From NCBI RefSeq assembly GCF_006345805.1, contig NC_042999.1, forward strand, positions 57,598,001-57,662,000: a stretch of DNA of 64,000 nucleotides. Reading direction: 5' to 3'. The translations under genes were made by a program, and so were the position numbers. Positions 26,526 through 35,917 of this stretch are shown piece after piece. The DNA comes from Octopus sinensis (Eukaryota). Positions within the stretch are counted from its first letter, which is position 1; each line of letters begins with the position of its first letter. Under the pieces are notes generated by a model. It was not told where the DNA came from, did no database searches, and saw nothing but the letters and a program-made list of their open reading frames with translations.

Positions 26526-27269
26526 AAGAAAATTCCACTGAGATGCAATTGGCACAAGCAATAACAGCCGAGTGAGTGGCATCATATTCAAGATACAGAG
26601 GAGGGGATTTAATTAATCAAGATATTTTTATGTCTTTTGCTTCCTGAGTTTGGTACAAAGGGTAGTACCCAGAACCTTTGAGGGCCTTTTGAGACTGTTG
26701 AGCTTTTAACATTCTATTTAAACTGCTACAGATGAACACCTACAGATAAGACACAAGCAAAGAGAAGATTCTAGAAGATCAGTGCTCTGAGCAAGAAGAA
26801 CAGGGAAATTGGTTAGGTGTTAGACTGAAGGGGTCCAGCATAACAATAGTGATGAAAAGTGGAGAGACAAGTGGGTTAGAGGTGCACAAGTGAAGGAGAT
26901 ATGAGATCAGCCAGCTCTGGGGGGGAAAAAACCCATTTTAGTATTCTTTTTCATCATCTTCTTAGCCATTTAACTTCCTGTGGAGCATAGGATGCCAACA
27001 AGAGGTCTCTATTTGTCTTGATCTTTATCCCTAGGTGTGGCAACCTACCAGTGCTTCAATTTCTGTGGATCTTCTCCATGTTGATTTTGGTCGGCCATGT
27101 TTGTGTCCTCCCTTAGTGTGTACATTGGAGGGCTTGCTTTGTAATATTGGAAACAGGTTTCCATAGGGTGTGTCGCAGCCAACCCCATTTCTTTTTCTTT
27201 TAATATAGCATACTATATCACATATTCATTTAAGATTAATATTTATTTTGGGTCTCACAAAAGCAATAA

Positions 27270-27590
27270 GTGACTGAGACCTTGGCGATATGCTGTGCTT
27301 GAGAAGATTCATCAAGCCAAGTGAAATCATAGTTGCGGCTGTTGCTAGTGTCATGTAAATCGTACCTTTGAAACTGTAGTCTTGGCTATTGCTGGTGTCA
27401 TGTAAGTGGCACGTAAAAAGCACCTGTTACACACTTGGAGTGGTTGGGGTTAGGAAGGGCAGCCAGCTGTAGAAACCATGCTAAATCAGACTGGAACTTG
27501 GTGCAACTCTCTGGTTTACCAGTTCCAGTCAAACCATCCAACCCATGCCAGCATGGAAAGTAGCTGTTAAACGATGATGATGATGATGAT
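27270..27590 (+). mobile_element. RTE 3'-UTR-derived short element ending in (GAT)n
   Basis: ggttgg..ttaggaagggca.ccagctgtagaaac...gttaaacgatgatgatg; also at 31270-31630 and 61200-61350. Confidence 0.7.
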
Positions 27591-28246
27591 TTAATATTAA
27601 TATAATCATAAATATGAAATAAATTGAAGGTGTACAACTAAAAATATGCTGTTGTTCCAGCTATAACCACCTCACCTTTATGCATATTCATGACTACATT
27701 ATGTAATGTGTGGTTGTATTTTTTAAGATGGTTGTGTGTGATTTGAAGAAATTTAGCTGCTATTTTGAGCAGTATGAGCAACCACATAGAGTACACTCAT
27801 TAGCTTGGAGAGAAGTACATATATAACCATAATATACTGTGATTTAAATATGTCATTCATTTATAAGACAATTTCAGATTTGTATAATGATAATATTCAG
27901 TACATCTTGTTTCTCTATCTTCATCATGCCATTAGGCTATAGGCAGATAATCAAATTGAAGTTGTGGGCTAAAACATTTTAATTAATTACAAAGACACTC
28001 TGGGTGTTGAGGAAAAGAATCATTACCTTAGTGGTTAATTCTAGCCAAGAAAAGTAGGGGAAACAACTTAAGGATTTAAATTGATAAAAATTTATTCAAG
28101 ACACAATGCACAATATGACATAGAGAATAGTTTTCTGTTATTGATAGAGTAAATAGTCACTGAATGTCAACTTATTCTAAATGAAGTTACTCTGATCTCC
28201 GAATAGCAAATATAATACAAGAAGAGGAATTCAAAATAGAACATAC

Positions 28247-28304
28247 ACAAAGCCAGCTCCACCAGTGACAAAAAGTCTACGTTGGAATGTATTGAGTGAG
28301 TTAA
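28247..28304 (-). CDS. TGDS: TGDS coding exon with Rossmann motif (NSLNTFQRRLFVTGGAGF-V)
   Basis: 58 bp, ctctttcag|TT AAC...TTT GT|gtatgt; GxxGxxG (TGGAGFVG). No in-frame ATG and an upstream in-frame TAA, so a further 5' exon ending in phase 1 is required. Confidence 0.93.
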
Positions 28305-28479
28305 CTGAAAGAGGAAAAAAATCACAATTGAAACATATTTATGCATTTGGGTGTTACCTGTCACATGACAAGTAATGTTTCATAGTTATTATGATAAAAT
28401 TTTACTTTATTCAAACTCCAGTGTTTATACAAAAATAATGAAATGAATACCAATTTTTAAAATAGACATTTATCAGATT

Positions 28480-29165
28480 TCAATAAAATGAAATAAAAGA
28501 CATTATGGCAGTGAAACATGGGCCATGACTGCTGAGGACATGCGTAAGCTCGCAAGGAATGAAGCCAGCATGCTCCGATGGATGTGTAATGTCAGTGTGC
28601 ATACTCGACAGAGTGTAAGTACCTTGACAGAAAAGTTGGACCTAAGAAGCATCAGATGTGGTGTGCAAGAGAGATGACTGCGCTGGTATGGTCATGTGAT
28701 AAGAATAGATGAGGATAGCTGTGTGAAAAAGTGCCACACCCTAGTGGTTGAGGGAACCTGCTGAAGAGATAGACCCAGGAAGACTTGGGATGAAGTGGTG
28801 AAGCACGACCTTTGAACATTAAGCCTCACTGAGGTAATGACTAGTGACCGAGACCTTTGGAAATATGCTGCGCTTGAGAAGACTTGGCAAGCCAAGTGAG
28901 ACCATAACATTGAAGCCTATGCCAGGGGTGTAACCAGCCCACTTATGCGTACCTTTCCTTCATTGGACACTAAACTCTGCTTGCAAAGACCTGTTGAGGC
29001 AAGTGAAATCAAAATCAAATTCGATGACTGGCATCAGTGCTAGCGGAGCGCTAAGAGCACTATCCGAGCATGATTGTTGCCAGAGCAACTAACTGGCTTC
29101 GATGCCAGTGACATGTAAACTGCACCATTTGAGCGTGATCGTTACCAGCGTCGCCTTACTGGCAC
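28480..29165 (+). mobile_element. RTE LINE 3' fragment with 3' UTR
   Basis: WAMTAEDMRKLARNEASMLRWMCNVSV...; same family as 1-620 in opposite orientation. Confidence 0.85.
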
Positions 29166-29169
29166 GTGA

Positions 29170-30790
29170 AAATGCATTCGAGCGAGGTCGTTGCATCCCG
29201 CAAACATCTAGACCCCTTCCTCTCTTTTGTCAAATCTTTTCATCCTGCCCTCCACTTCTCCTGCACTATCTCTGACACTTCTGTCTCCTTTCTTGACATT
29301 TTGGTCAGCATTCATCACTCTACTCTCACCACCTCCATCCACTACAAACACAGACTCACACTCATACCTCAACTTCTCTTCCTCCCACCCTAAACACACC
29401 AAGCTTGCCATCTCCTATTCCTGCGTCTACGCAGGCTCTGTAGTAACGACCATGACTTTGAGACTCAGTCTCAATTCATGGCTCGCTACTTCAGCCTACG
29501 TGGATATCCCCTCACCACTATCCACACCGCCCTTGCCAGAGCACATTCTGTGGATCATGCGTCTGCTCTCTCCGCCTGAACCCGCCCCACTATCTCCCCT
29601 CACCTACCACCCCACCACCCTACCTCTCCAACGCACCATTCTCCAAGCCTTCCGGCAACTCCAGTCCAATCTCTCCACTTTGCACATCTTCCCTAACCGA
29701 CTGCCTCCCCTCCTTCAAACGAGCCCACAACCTACGAGACCTTTTGGTCCACAGCTTCTTCCCCAACCCAACCTCCCAACCCAGCTTGTTCCCCTGCTCC
29801 CACCCATGCTGCCCTTACCTCTCCAACACCACCCTTCTCACCGGCACCCATCACCAACCTTATCACATCACTGACTCCTTCGCCTGCACTTCAACCAATG
29901 TCATCTACTGCTCTCTGTGCCCTTCTCTATATGTCGAGCAAATGGGACACGGCTTGGCTGACCGGTTCGCGGAACACCTCCGAGACATCCGACTCAGCAA
30001 TGACACACAGGTCTCGTGCCATTTCCGCTCTACTGGTCATTCTTTGCAATACCTGCCTGTGTTCGGATTGTCCCTGCACAGGGTTCATCCAGACTCCTGT
30101 TTGTGCCGTGAACAGGGACTAATCTTCTCTCTTCACTCCTTTGTGCCACATGGGCTCAACTCTCCTCTCTCCCCCACTTCTCCTCTTCACTCCTACCATC
30201 TTATCCCTCCTCCCTTCATCATTACCCCTCGCTCGTAACTCAACCCCACTCCTACACAATCCAACCCCACCTTCCCTATCCATACCACCCCACCCCATCC
30301 CTTACACCCATTCCCACATACTCCACCTCTACCCCTATCCACATACCCTACCTCTACCCCACACCCCACCCTTGATTTCTCCACTCACCACCATACAACA
30401 CAACATCACATCACACCACCACACACACACTAGCACTGACCACTTATTCACACCTACACATACACACTCATACGTCAAGGTCACCAGCCCTCTTCCACAC
30501 GCACATACATACTCTCTTATACACATGCATGCACACCTTCGTTTTGGGATCACCACTACTTTATTTATCTCCCCTTCTTCCTAGCTCTCCAGTGTGAACC
30601 CTCTGTCCTGAATTCACTATGATAAATCGTTAACCACTACAAATTCTTTATTTTCTTTCCGTGTTCCTTTATGTGGAAGAGCGTAAGCTCGAAAGACTTT
30701 TTCACTTGCCAAGCGTTATACTAATACATCTGTTTGTTGTCTACATCCCCTGTCTTTGTCCTTTGTTTTTTTGCGAATTCCCCCTATATA
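29170..30790 (+). mobile_element. Decayed Penelope-like element 3' part (RT thumb + GIY-YIG endonuclease + pLTR)
   Basis: DSHSYLNFSSSHPKHTK, PFLDI-like segment, HITDSFACTSTNVIYC...LYV...ADRFAEHLRDIR...CHFRSTGHS (GIY-YIG). Ends in the (TA)n tract at 30790. Confidence 0.85.
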
Positions 30791-30805
30791 AATACATACA
30801 TCTAT

Positions 30806-30846
<41 letters not shown>

Positions 30847-30994
30847 TCTGTGTATGTATGTATATATAAATATATATATACATCTATATATCAATATATA
30901 TACATACATACATACATTTATGTATACATACATGCATATATATGCATACATACATATATATATTATATATATATACATATATATGTATGTATAC

Positions 30995-31042
<48 letters not shown>
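30790..31042. repeat. Compound (TA)n/(TACA)n microsatellite
   Basis: Direct reading; source of the spurious YI-rich ORFs. Confidence 0.95.
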
Positions 31043-31120
31043 AGTGGAGTTGTAGGGTACCGCACGAGTGGAATTATATACGAAAGAACGTTTGAAAATG
31101 CAATTTTAAAAGATGTTTAT

Positions 31121-31166
31121 TTACTTTACCGGTTTCACTCTTTGGAAAAAGATTGTCAAAAGTAAC
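31121..31166 (-). ncRNA. Degenerate hammerhead motif with U3-A8 core (solo pLTR of another PLE family)
   Basis: Minus strand: gttactt-TTGACAA-tcttt.ttcc.aaagagt-GAAA-CCGGT-A-aagtaa. Stem I is 6 perfect bp, stem III is the ACCGGT palindrome, stem II lacks about 2 nt of its 5' arm. Confidence 0.55.
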
Positions 31167-31269
31167 ATGTAAAAGTTTGGTTGTGTTAATTATTGGTTGT
31201 TACTAAATGCTACATTACATATATACAGTCTTTGGTAACAAGAACATGTTAAGGACATAAGGACGACTT

Positions 31270-31630
31270 ACTGTGGTTACCTTGGATCATAGGGTCACTT
31301 GCTGTGCTTGAGGAGACCTATTGAGTCAAGTACATCAACATCAAAAATCAAATGGAAATTGTAGTTGTGATACCTGTGCCAGTGGCACGTTAAAAGCACC
31401 ATCTGAACGTGGGCGATGTCAGCGCCGCCTTGACTGGCTTCCGTGCCGGTGGCACGTAAAAAGCACCCACTACACTCACAGAGTGGTTGGCATTAGGAAC
31501 GGCATCCAGTTGTAGAAACACTGCCAGATCAGACTGGAGCCTGGTGCAGCCCCCTGGCTTCCTAGACCCTGGTCGAATCGTCCAACCCATGCTAGCATGG
31601 AAAACGGACGTTAAACAATGATGATGATGA
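31270..31630 (+). mobile_element. RTE 3'-UTR-derived short element ending in (GAT)n
   Basis: Homologous to 27270-27590. Confidence 0.7.
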
Positions 31631-32382
31631 TATATATATATATATACATACATACATAACCTCTCTCTCTTTTTTTCTCTGTCAACCACTCACACATTCA
31701 CTCACTACAAAATGTGAATAAACAATTTCAGTTATCTCTCTCTCTGTCTCTTCACACACACTAACAAAAGAACTTCACGCACACTCCACACTTTCTGTCT
31801 CGCACACCCCATCAAACACACACATGGCACGCCAACGTCAAAAGAACTTGCCTGATCCAATTGTGCTCTCCCAGTCTCTTTCACTTTCACGCCGACTTCA
31901 AAAGATCCCCTTGGTACTATTTAAGAATAGTGGTCCCAGTGCGCGCTGTCGCGTGTTCAGGCATCCGCGCTAGCTTGTCATGACTAGTCAATCCTGACTT
32001 TGTGTTTTATTTACTTTGTTTTAAAAAAATTATTTACTTTGTATTTTTGTGTTTTATTTACTTTGTGTAAAAAAAATAATTTTTTGTTTTATTTATTTGG
32101 CGATCCTTAGTTATTAGTAAACATTACTGTCACTTATAAACCACGTGGGTTTATTTACATTTCTGAAAAAGATCGTCGGTTTCCGTAAAATTTGTTTATT
32201 TTTTACATATGGGGTCGGGAGAAACAAATACAGGTGATTTTTTTTTTTTTTTGATAACTACGGTACTCGTATCGAAATTTAGCCAGGAAGCAAATGTAAA
32301 CAAATGCACGTTGTCCAGTTTGACGTAACTGGTACTCAACGAAAAAATGCCATTATGGATATATATATATATATATATATAT

Positions 32383-34322
32383 GAAAAAACAAGTCAAAAA
32401 TAGAAAATGCTAAAATAATTTTATAGTGAACATTTCAGTACCGGTTTCGGTCATTTTGAGACCTTTTCAACTGTAACGATTAAATAATTAAATTTAGAAA
32501 AATTAGAAGAAAAGTTTTTTTAAAAGAATATTTCTATAGTAGTGTTCAGATTTAAGTGGCATTCTGCCTTTCTCTGACTCCCTTGTTTGCACTTGTGTGT
32601 TCGAGGTAGTTGTGAGTTCTTGGTAGGGTAGTAGAGGGAAGGCTGGTGAGGAAAGGGGGGTGGGAGAATCTGGGAGTGCCCTGATGGTCGTATTTTGAAT
32701 GGTCAGTGGCGGCTGGCAGTCTCAGTTCAATTCAGGAGAATATTTATATTGACAGGCTTGTTTATAGAATTAGCGTAGGTGTTATACTAAAAAACATTAG
32801 TGACAAAGTTAAGGGGTAGGGGGTGGAGAAGTAGAAGAAGGAGAAGAAGAAGAAGAAGAAGGAGAAGGAGAAGATGACGATGATGGTGATGGTGGTGATG
32901 ATTATGACGACGATGATGATGATAATGATGATGATGAAGAAGAAGAAGGAGAAGATGGTGGTGATGATGGTGATGATGATGATGACGCCGATGATGATGA
33001 TAATGATGATGATGAAGAAGAAGAGGAAGAAGAAGAAGAAGAAAAAAACAGAGAAGGGAGAATATGAATGGGTGTAAATATAGCTATGAAGGGGCTGATT
33101 AGTAATGGATTCTATGGAGTGTAGTATTTGTGTGTGTATATATATTTTTTTCTTTTATTCTAAAGTTGAGGTATATTAATTGTTTGTCGTAGACCCGTTA
33201 AGAAGTGGCTTGTATTTTGTAATAAAGAGATTTTCTTTACTTATTCGTTGTCTCGAGGTTGTATCGTCCCTAAATTGGTAGAGGGGGAAAATTCTGAAGT
33301 TTGGTGTTTTTTTGTTGGTGCAAGTATCTATGTGTTGGCTAAAAGCTATTTTTCTGTTTTGGGGAATTTTTATCTGGGATCTGTGCAGGGCCATTCGTTT
33401 ACGCAAACCATTTTTTGTTTGGCCTATGTACTGCTCTTGACACCCGGAGCAGGTTAGTGAGTATATTAGGTTCTCCGAAGCACATGTGAAGTTGCTTTTC
33501 ACTGTAAACCGTTGTCCCTGTTTGAAGGAGAACTCAGAACCCTCGATTAGATAGTCGCATATCCCGCAATTGGGTCTTCCACATTTTTTTACTGTCGGCT
33601 TCTGTGTTGAAGAGTGAATTCGGGCTTGTGTAAGGAGACTTTTCATGGATCTAGGCTGTCTTTTGCTTTTTATGATCGTGTGTGTTTGGAGGATTGTGTT
33701 CATTCTGTGGTCTTTTTTTAGGAGGGGTATGTTGTGGAGGATGGTGTCGAAGGCTTCGTTATTGAGAGGGTTGTGTGTGGAGATGTATGGTAAGGCTTTT
33801 GGTTGTAAGTTTTTCTTTGATTTGGGATGTCTCAGTTCCTTGATGTTAAGTTGAAGGGCACGTTGAATGCACTTGTCAATAAGTGAAGGTGGATAGTTCC
33901 TGGTGATTAGGGTATCTTTTAGTTCTTGTAGTCGTGTGTCTCTGGTGTTTGCGTTAGAGACTATAGTGCATATCTTTTTGCTAGATTGAAGGGGATATTC
34001 ATCCTGGTGTGTCTGGGGTGGCATGAATTGAATGGAAGATATTGCTTAGAGTCTGTAGGCTTATAGTATATGTCTGTTTCTATTATATTATTAGCTTTCT
34101 TAATGAGGATATCGAGGAAGGGGAGTTGTTGTTGACTATATTCCATCGTGAATTGGATGTTTACGTCCAGTCCGTTTAAAATTTTCTGGAATTCTATGAG
34201 TTTTTCTATATTTTTATGCCAAAGGTTGAAACAGTCATCTAGATATCTCTTCCAGTTGTTTTCTATGTAGATGGAGAAAGGGCTGCCATATCTTTCTAGA
34301 ACCTTACGATACAGACTGATCT
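32383..34322 (-). repeat. Inverted partial copy of the PLE 3' half (about 37061-38988)
   Basis: Reverse complement of the RT C-terminus, GIY-YIG, 3' UTR and pLTR. Differences seen: a 1-nt deletion near 33975 (frameshift), two substitutions (~33318, ~34226) and microsatellite length changes. Confidence 0.95.
32429..32480 (-). ncRNA. Type I hammerhead ribozyme, U3-A8 variant (copy in the inverted arm)
   Basis: Exact reverse complement of the motif at 34517-34568. Confidence 0.8.
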
Positions 34323-34655
34323 CCCAGATTCTCCCACCCCCCTTTCCTCACCAGCCTTCCCTCTACTACCCTACCAAGAACTCACAACTACCTCGAACAC
34401 ACAAGTGCAAACAAGGGAGTCAGAGAAAGGCAGAATGCCACTTAAATCTGAACACTACTATAGAAATATTCTTTTAAAAAAACTTTTCTTCTAATTTTTC
34501 TAAATTTAATTATTTAATCGTTACAGTTGAAAAGGTCTCAAAATGACCGAAACCGGTACTGAAATGTTCACTATAAAATTATTTTAGCATTTTCTATTTT
34601 TGACTTGTTTTTTCATATATATCAACTCGTGTGTTCCTTTTCACCCTTATACATA
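34321..34655 (+). repeat. 5' pLTR of the PLE (335 bp, direct repeat of 38687-39021)
   Basis: Identical by eye, from ctcccagattctccc to cccttatacata; offset 4366 bp. Confidence 0.93.
34517..34568 (+). ncRNA. Type I hammerhead ribozyme with U3-A8 variant core (5' pLTR)
   Basis: Stem I cgttacag/ctgaaatg; core TTGAAAA (34527-33); stem II GGTC-tcaaaat-GACC; GAAA (34549-52); palindromic stem III ACCGGT; predicted GUA cleavage after 34558. Confidence 0.8.
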
Positions 34656-34681
34656 TCATTAACCCACACGAGATACAGAAA

Positions 34682-35917
34682 ATGCCGACAAAAACAGACA
34701 CAATCACCTCCATAAACGAAGAAATACTGAAAGAACTCAAGAAAATCAACACAAATCTGTCAACTTTTTTGAACAAATTCGACTCGACACTTCAACCCAA
34801 TCGAGAGAACAATGAAGAAACAGATACGAAAAATACAACCTCCGAAATTGTCGAAAACCTTGGAAACTTATGCGAAACAATTAGAACATTTTTCTCTAAC
34901 AACGCTAACCAAGGACCTCCAAATGCGTCAGTATATGGGATCAATACTCTAACAACATACCAAATGAAACACCACATAATACCACAATGGAACAAATCAC
35001 TCAGAGGTAGAAAGTTCGCCTTTTGGAAGATGATCCAAAACAACAACAAAGCGGATATATACGAAAAATGGCTCAACCGGACCCCGTTAATCCTCCCACG
35101 TAAATTCCAGTTCAAAGCTATTACAGAAGAACCTGAAACACAAAGACACCTCAGGGAGAGAATGGCACTGGAAAAAATGAAAATGGAAATAGAACTTCTG
35201 AAATTGAGGGCCCAAACGAATGAGGATAAAATAAAATCCACCGATGAAGATATCAACGAAGAAATTCGCAAAATGACCCAAGGCCCAGATCAAGAGAAGT
35301 TCTCCAAACTATGGAAAGAGGACTGTGAAAAAGAAGAACTAAAATCTCTCCAACGCTGGGAGAAAAGCGCCACTTGGTTCTCAGACTATGAAGCCGTCTT
35401 TCAAACAGAGCACGCCTCCAACAACCCTTTCCAGAAAATAAGAAAACCAAAACAACACCCAAACACCGAAACACACCTGTCTAAAAATCGGAACCTTCAC
35501 TACTATCAAAAAAAGAATACAGGACCTAACCCTAACTCTGTAAGCAGCCAGCGATACAATATCAGGAATACTCCCACTTCAAGCAGAGAAAGGATAAATC
35601 AACACCCACAGCATAGACACTGCAACCTCATCCCCACCCAAAGGAGTTACCAACGAAATCTTCGTCCCATTAACCGGTTAAACAACCATGCACAACAAAC
35701 CCACACCACTTGCAATGATTACCAACGAAGGCCTCCTAGAACACCACACCCGAATATGGGATATCGGGATGCTCTCCTCAATTCTGCTCCAAGAACACAC
35801 ACCATAAATCACAACAGGAGACCCCTAATCAACAAAGAACAACTATATACTAGCTACCGTCCCAACCACCGCATTCATTTTTTAGACCCAATACGCAAAC
35901 ACAGAGACACAAGATAG
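34682..35917 (+). CDS. PLE ORF1, 411 aa from the first ATG; N-terminal coiled-coil, basic N/Q/R/P-rich C-terminus
   Basis: Uninterrupted frame starting just downstream of the pLTR; heptad-like INEEILKELKKIN and MALEKMKMEIELLKLRAQ segments. Confidence 0.8.
   Translation: MPTKTDTITSINEEILKELKKINTNLSTFLNKFDSTLQPNRENNEETDTKNTTSEIVENLGNLCETIRTFFSNNANQGPPNASVYGINTLTTYQMKHHIIPQWNKSLRGRKFAFWKMIQNNNKADIYEKWLNRTPLILPRKFQFKAITEEPETQRHLRERMALEKMKMEIELLKLRAQTNEDKIKSTDEDINEEIRKMTQGPDQEKFSKLWKEDCEKEELKSLQRWEKSATWFSDYEAVFQTEHASNNPFQKIRKPKQHPNTETHLSKNRNLHYYQKKNTGPNPNSVSSQRYNIRNTPTSSRERINQHPQHRHCNLIPTQRSYQRNLRPINRLNNHAQQTHTTCNDYQRRPPRTPHPNMGYRDALLNSAPRTHTINHNRRPLINKEQLYTSYRPNHRIHFLDPIRKHRDTR

Noticed and set aside
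30670-30710. GAGC-gtaa-GCTC-GAAA hairpin in the pLTR of the 29-30 kb PLE
   Set aside because: Stem II and GAAA are hammerhead-like, but I cannot find a CUGANGA/UUGANAA core or a stem III in this copy, so it is not called a ribozyme.
30661-31165. Long YI/CV-rich ORFs here and at about 17.3, 20-22 and 55 kb
   Set aside because: Translations of (TA)n, (CA)n and (TACA)n microsatellites.
32874-33077. Met/Lys-rich ORFs (MTMMVMVVMI...), also at 38307-38489
   Set aside because: Translations of the (GAT)/(GAA) microsatellite in the PLE 3' UTR.
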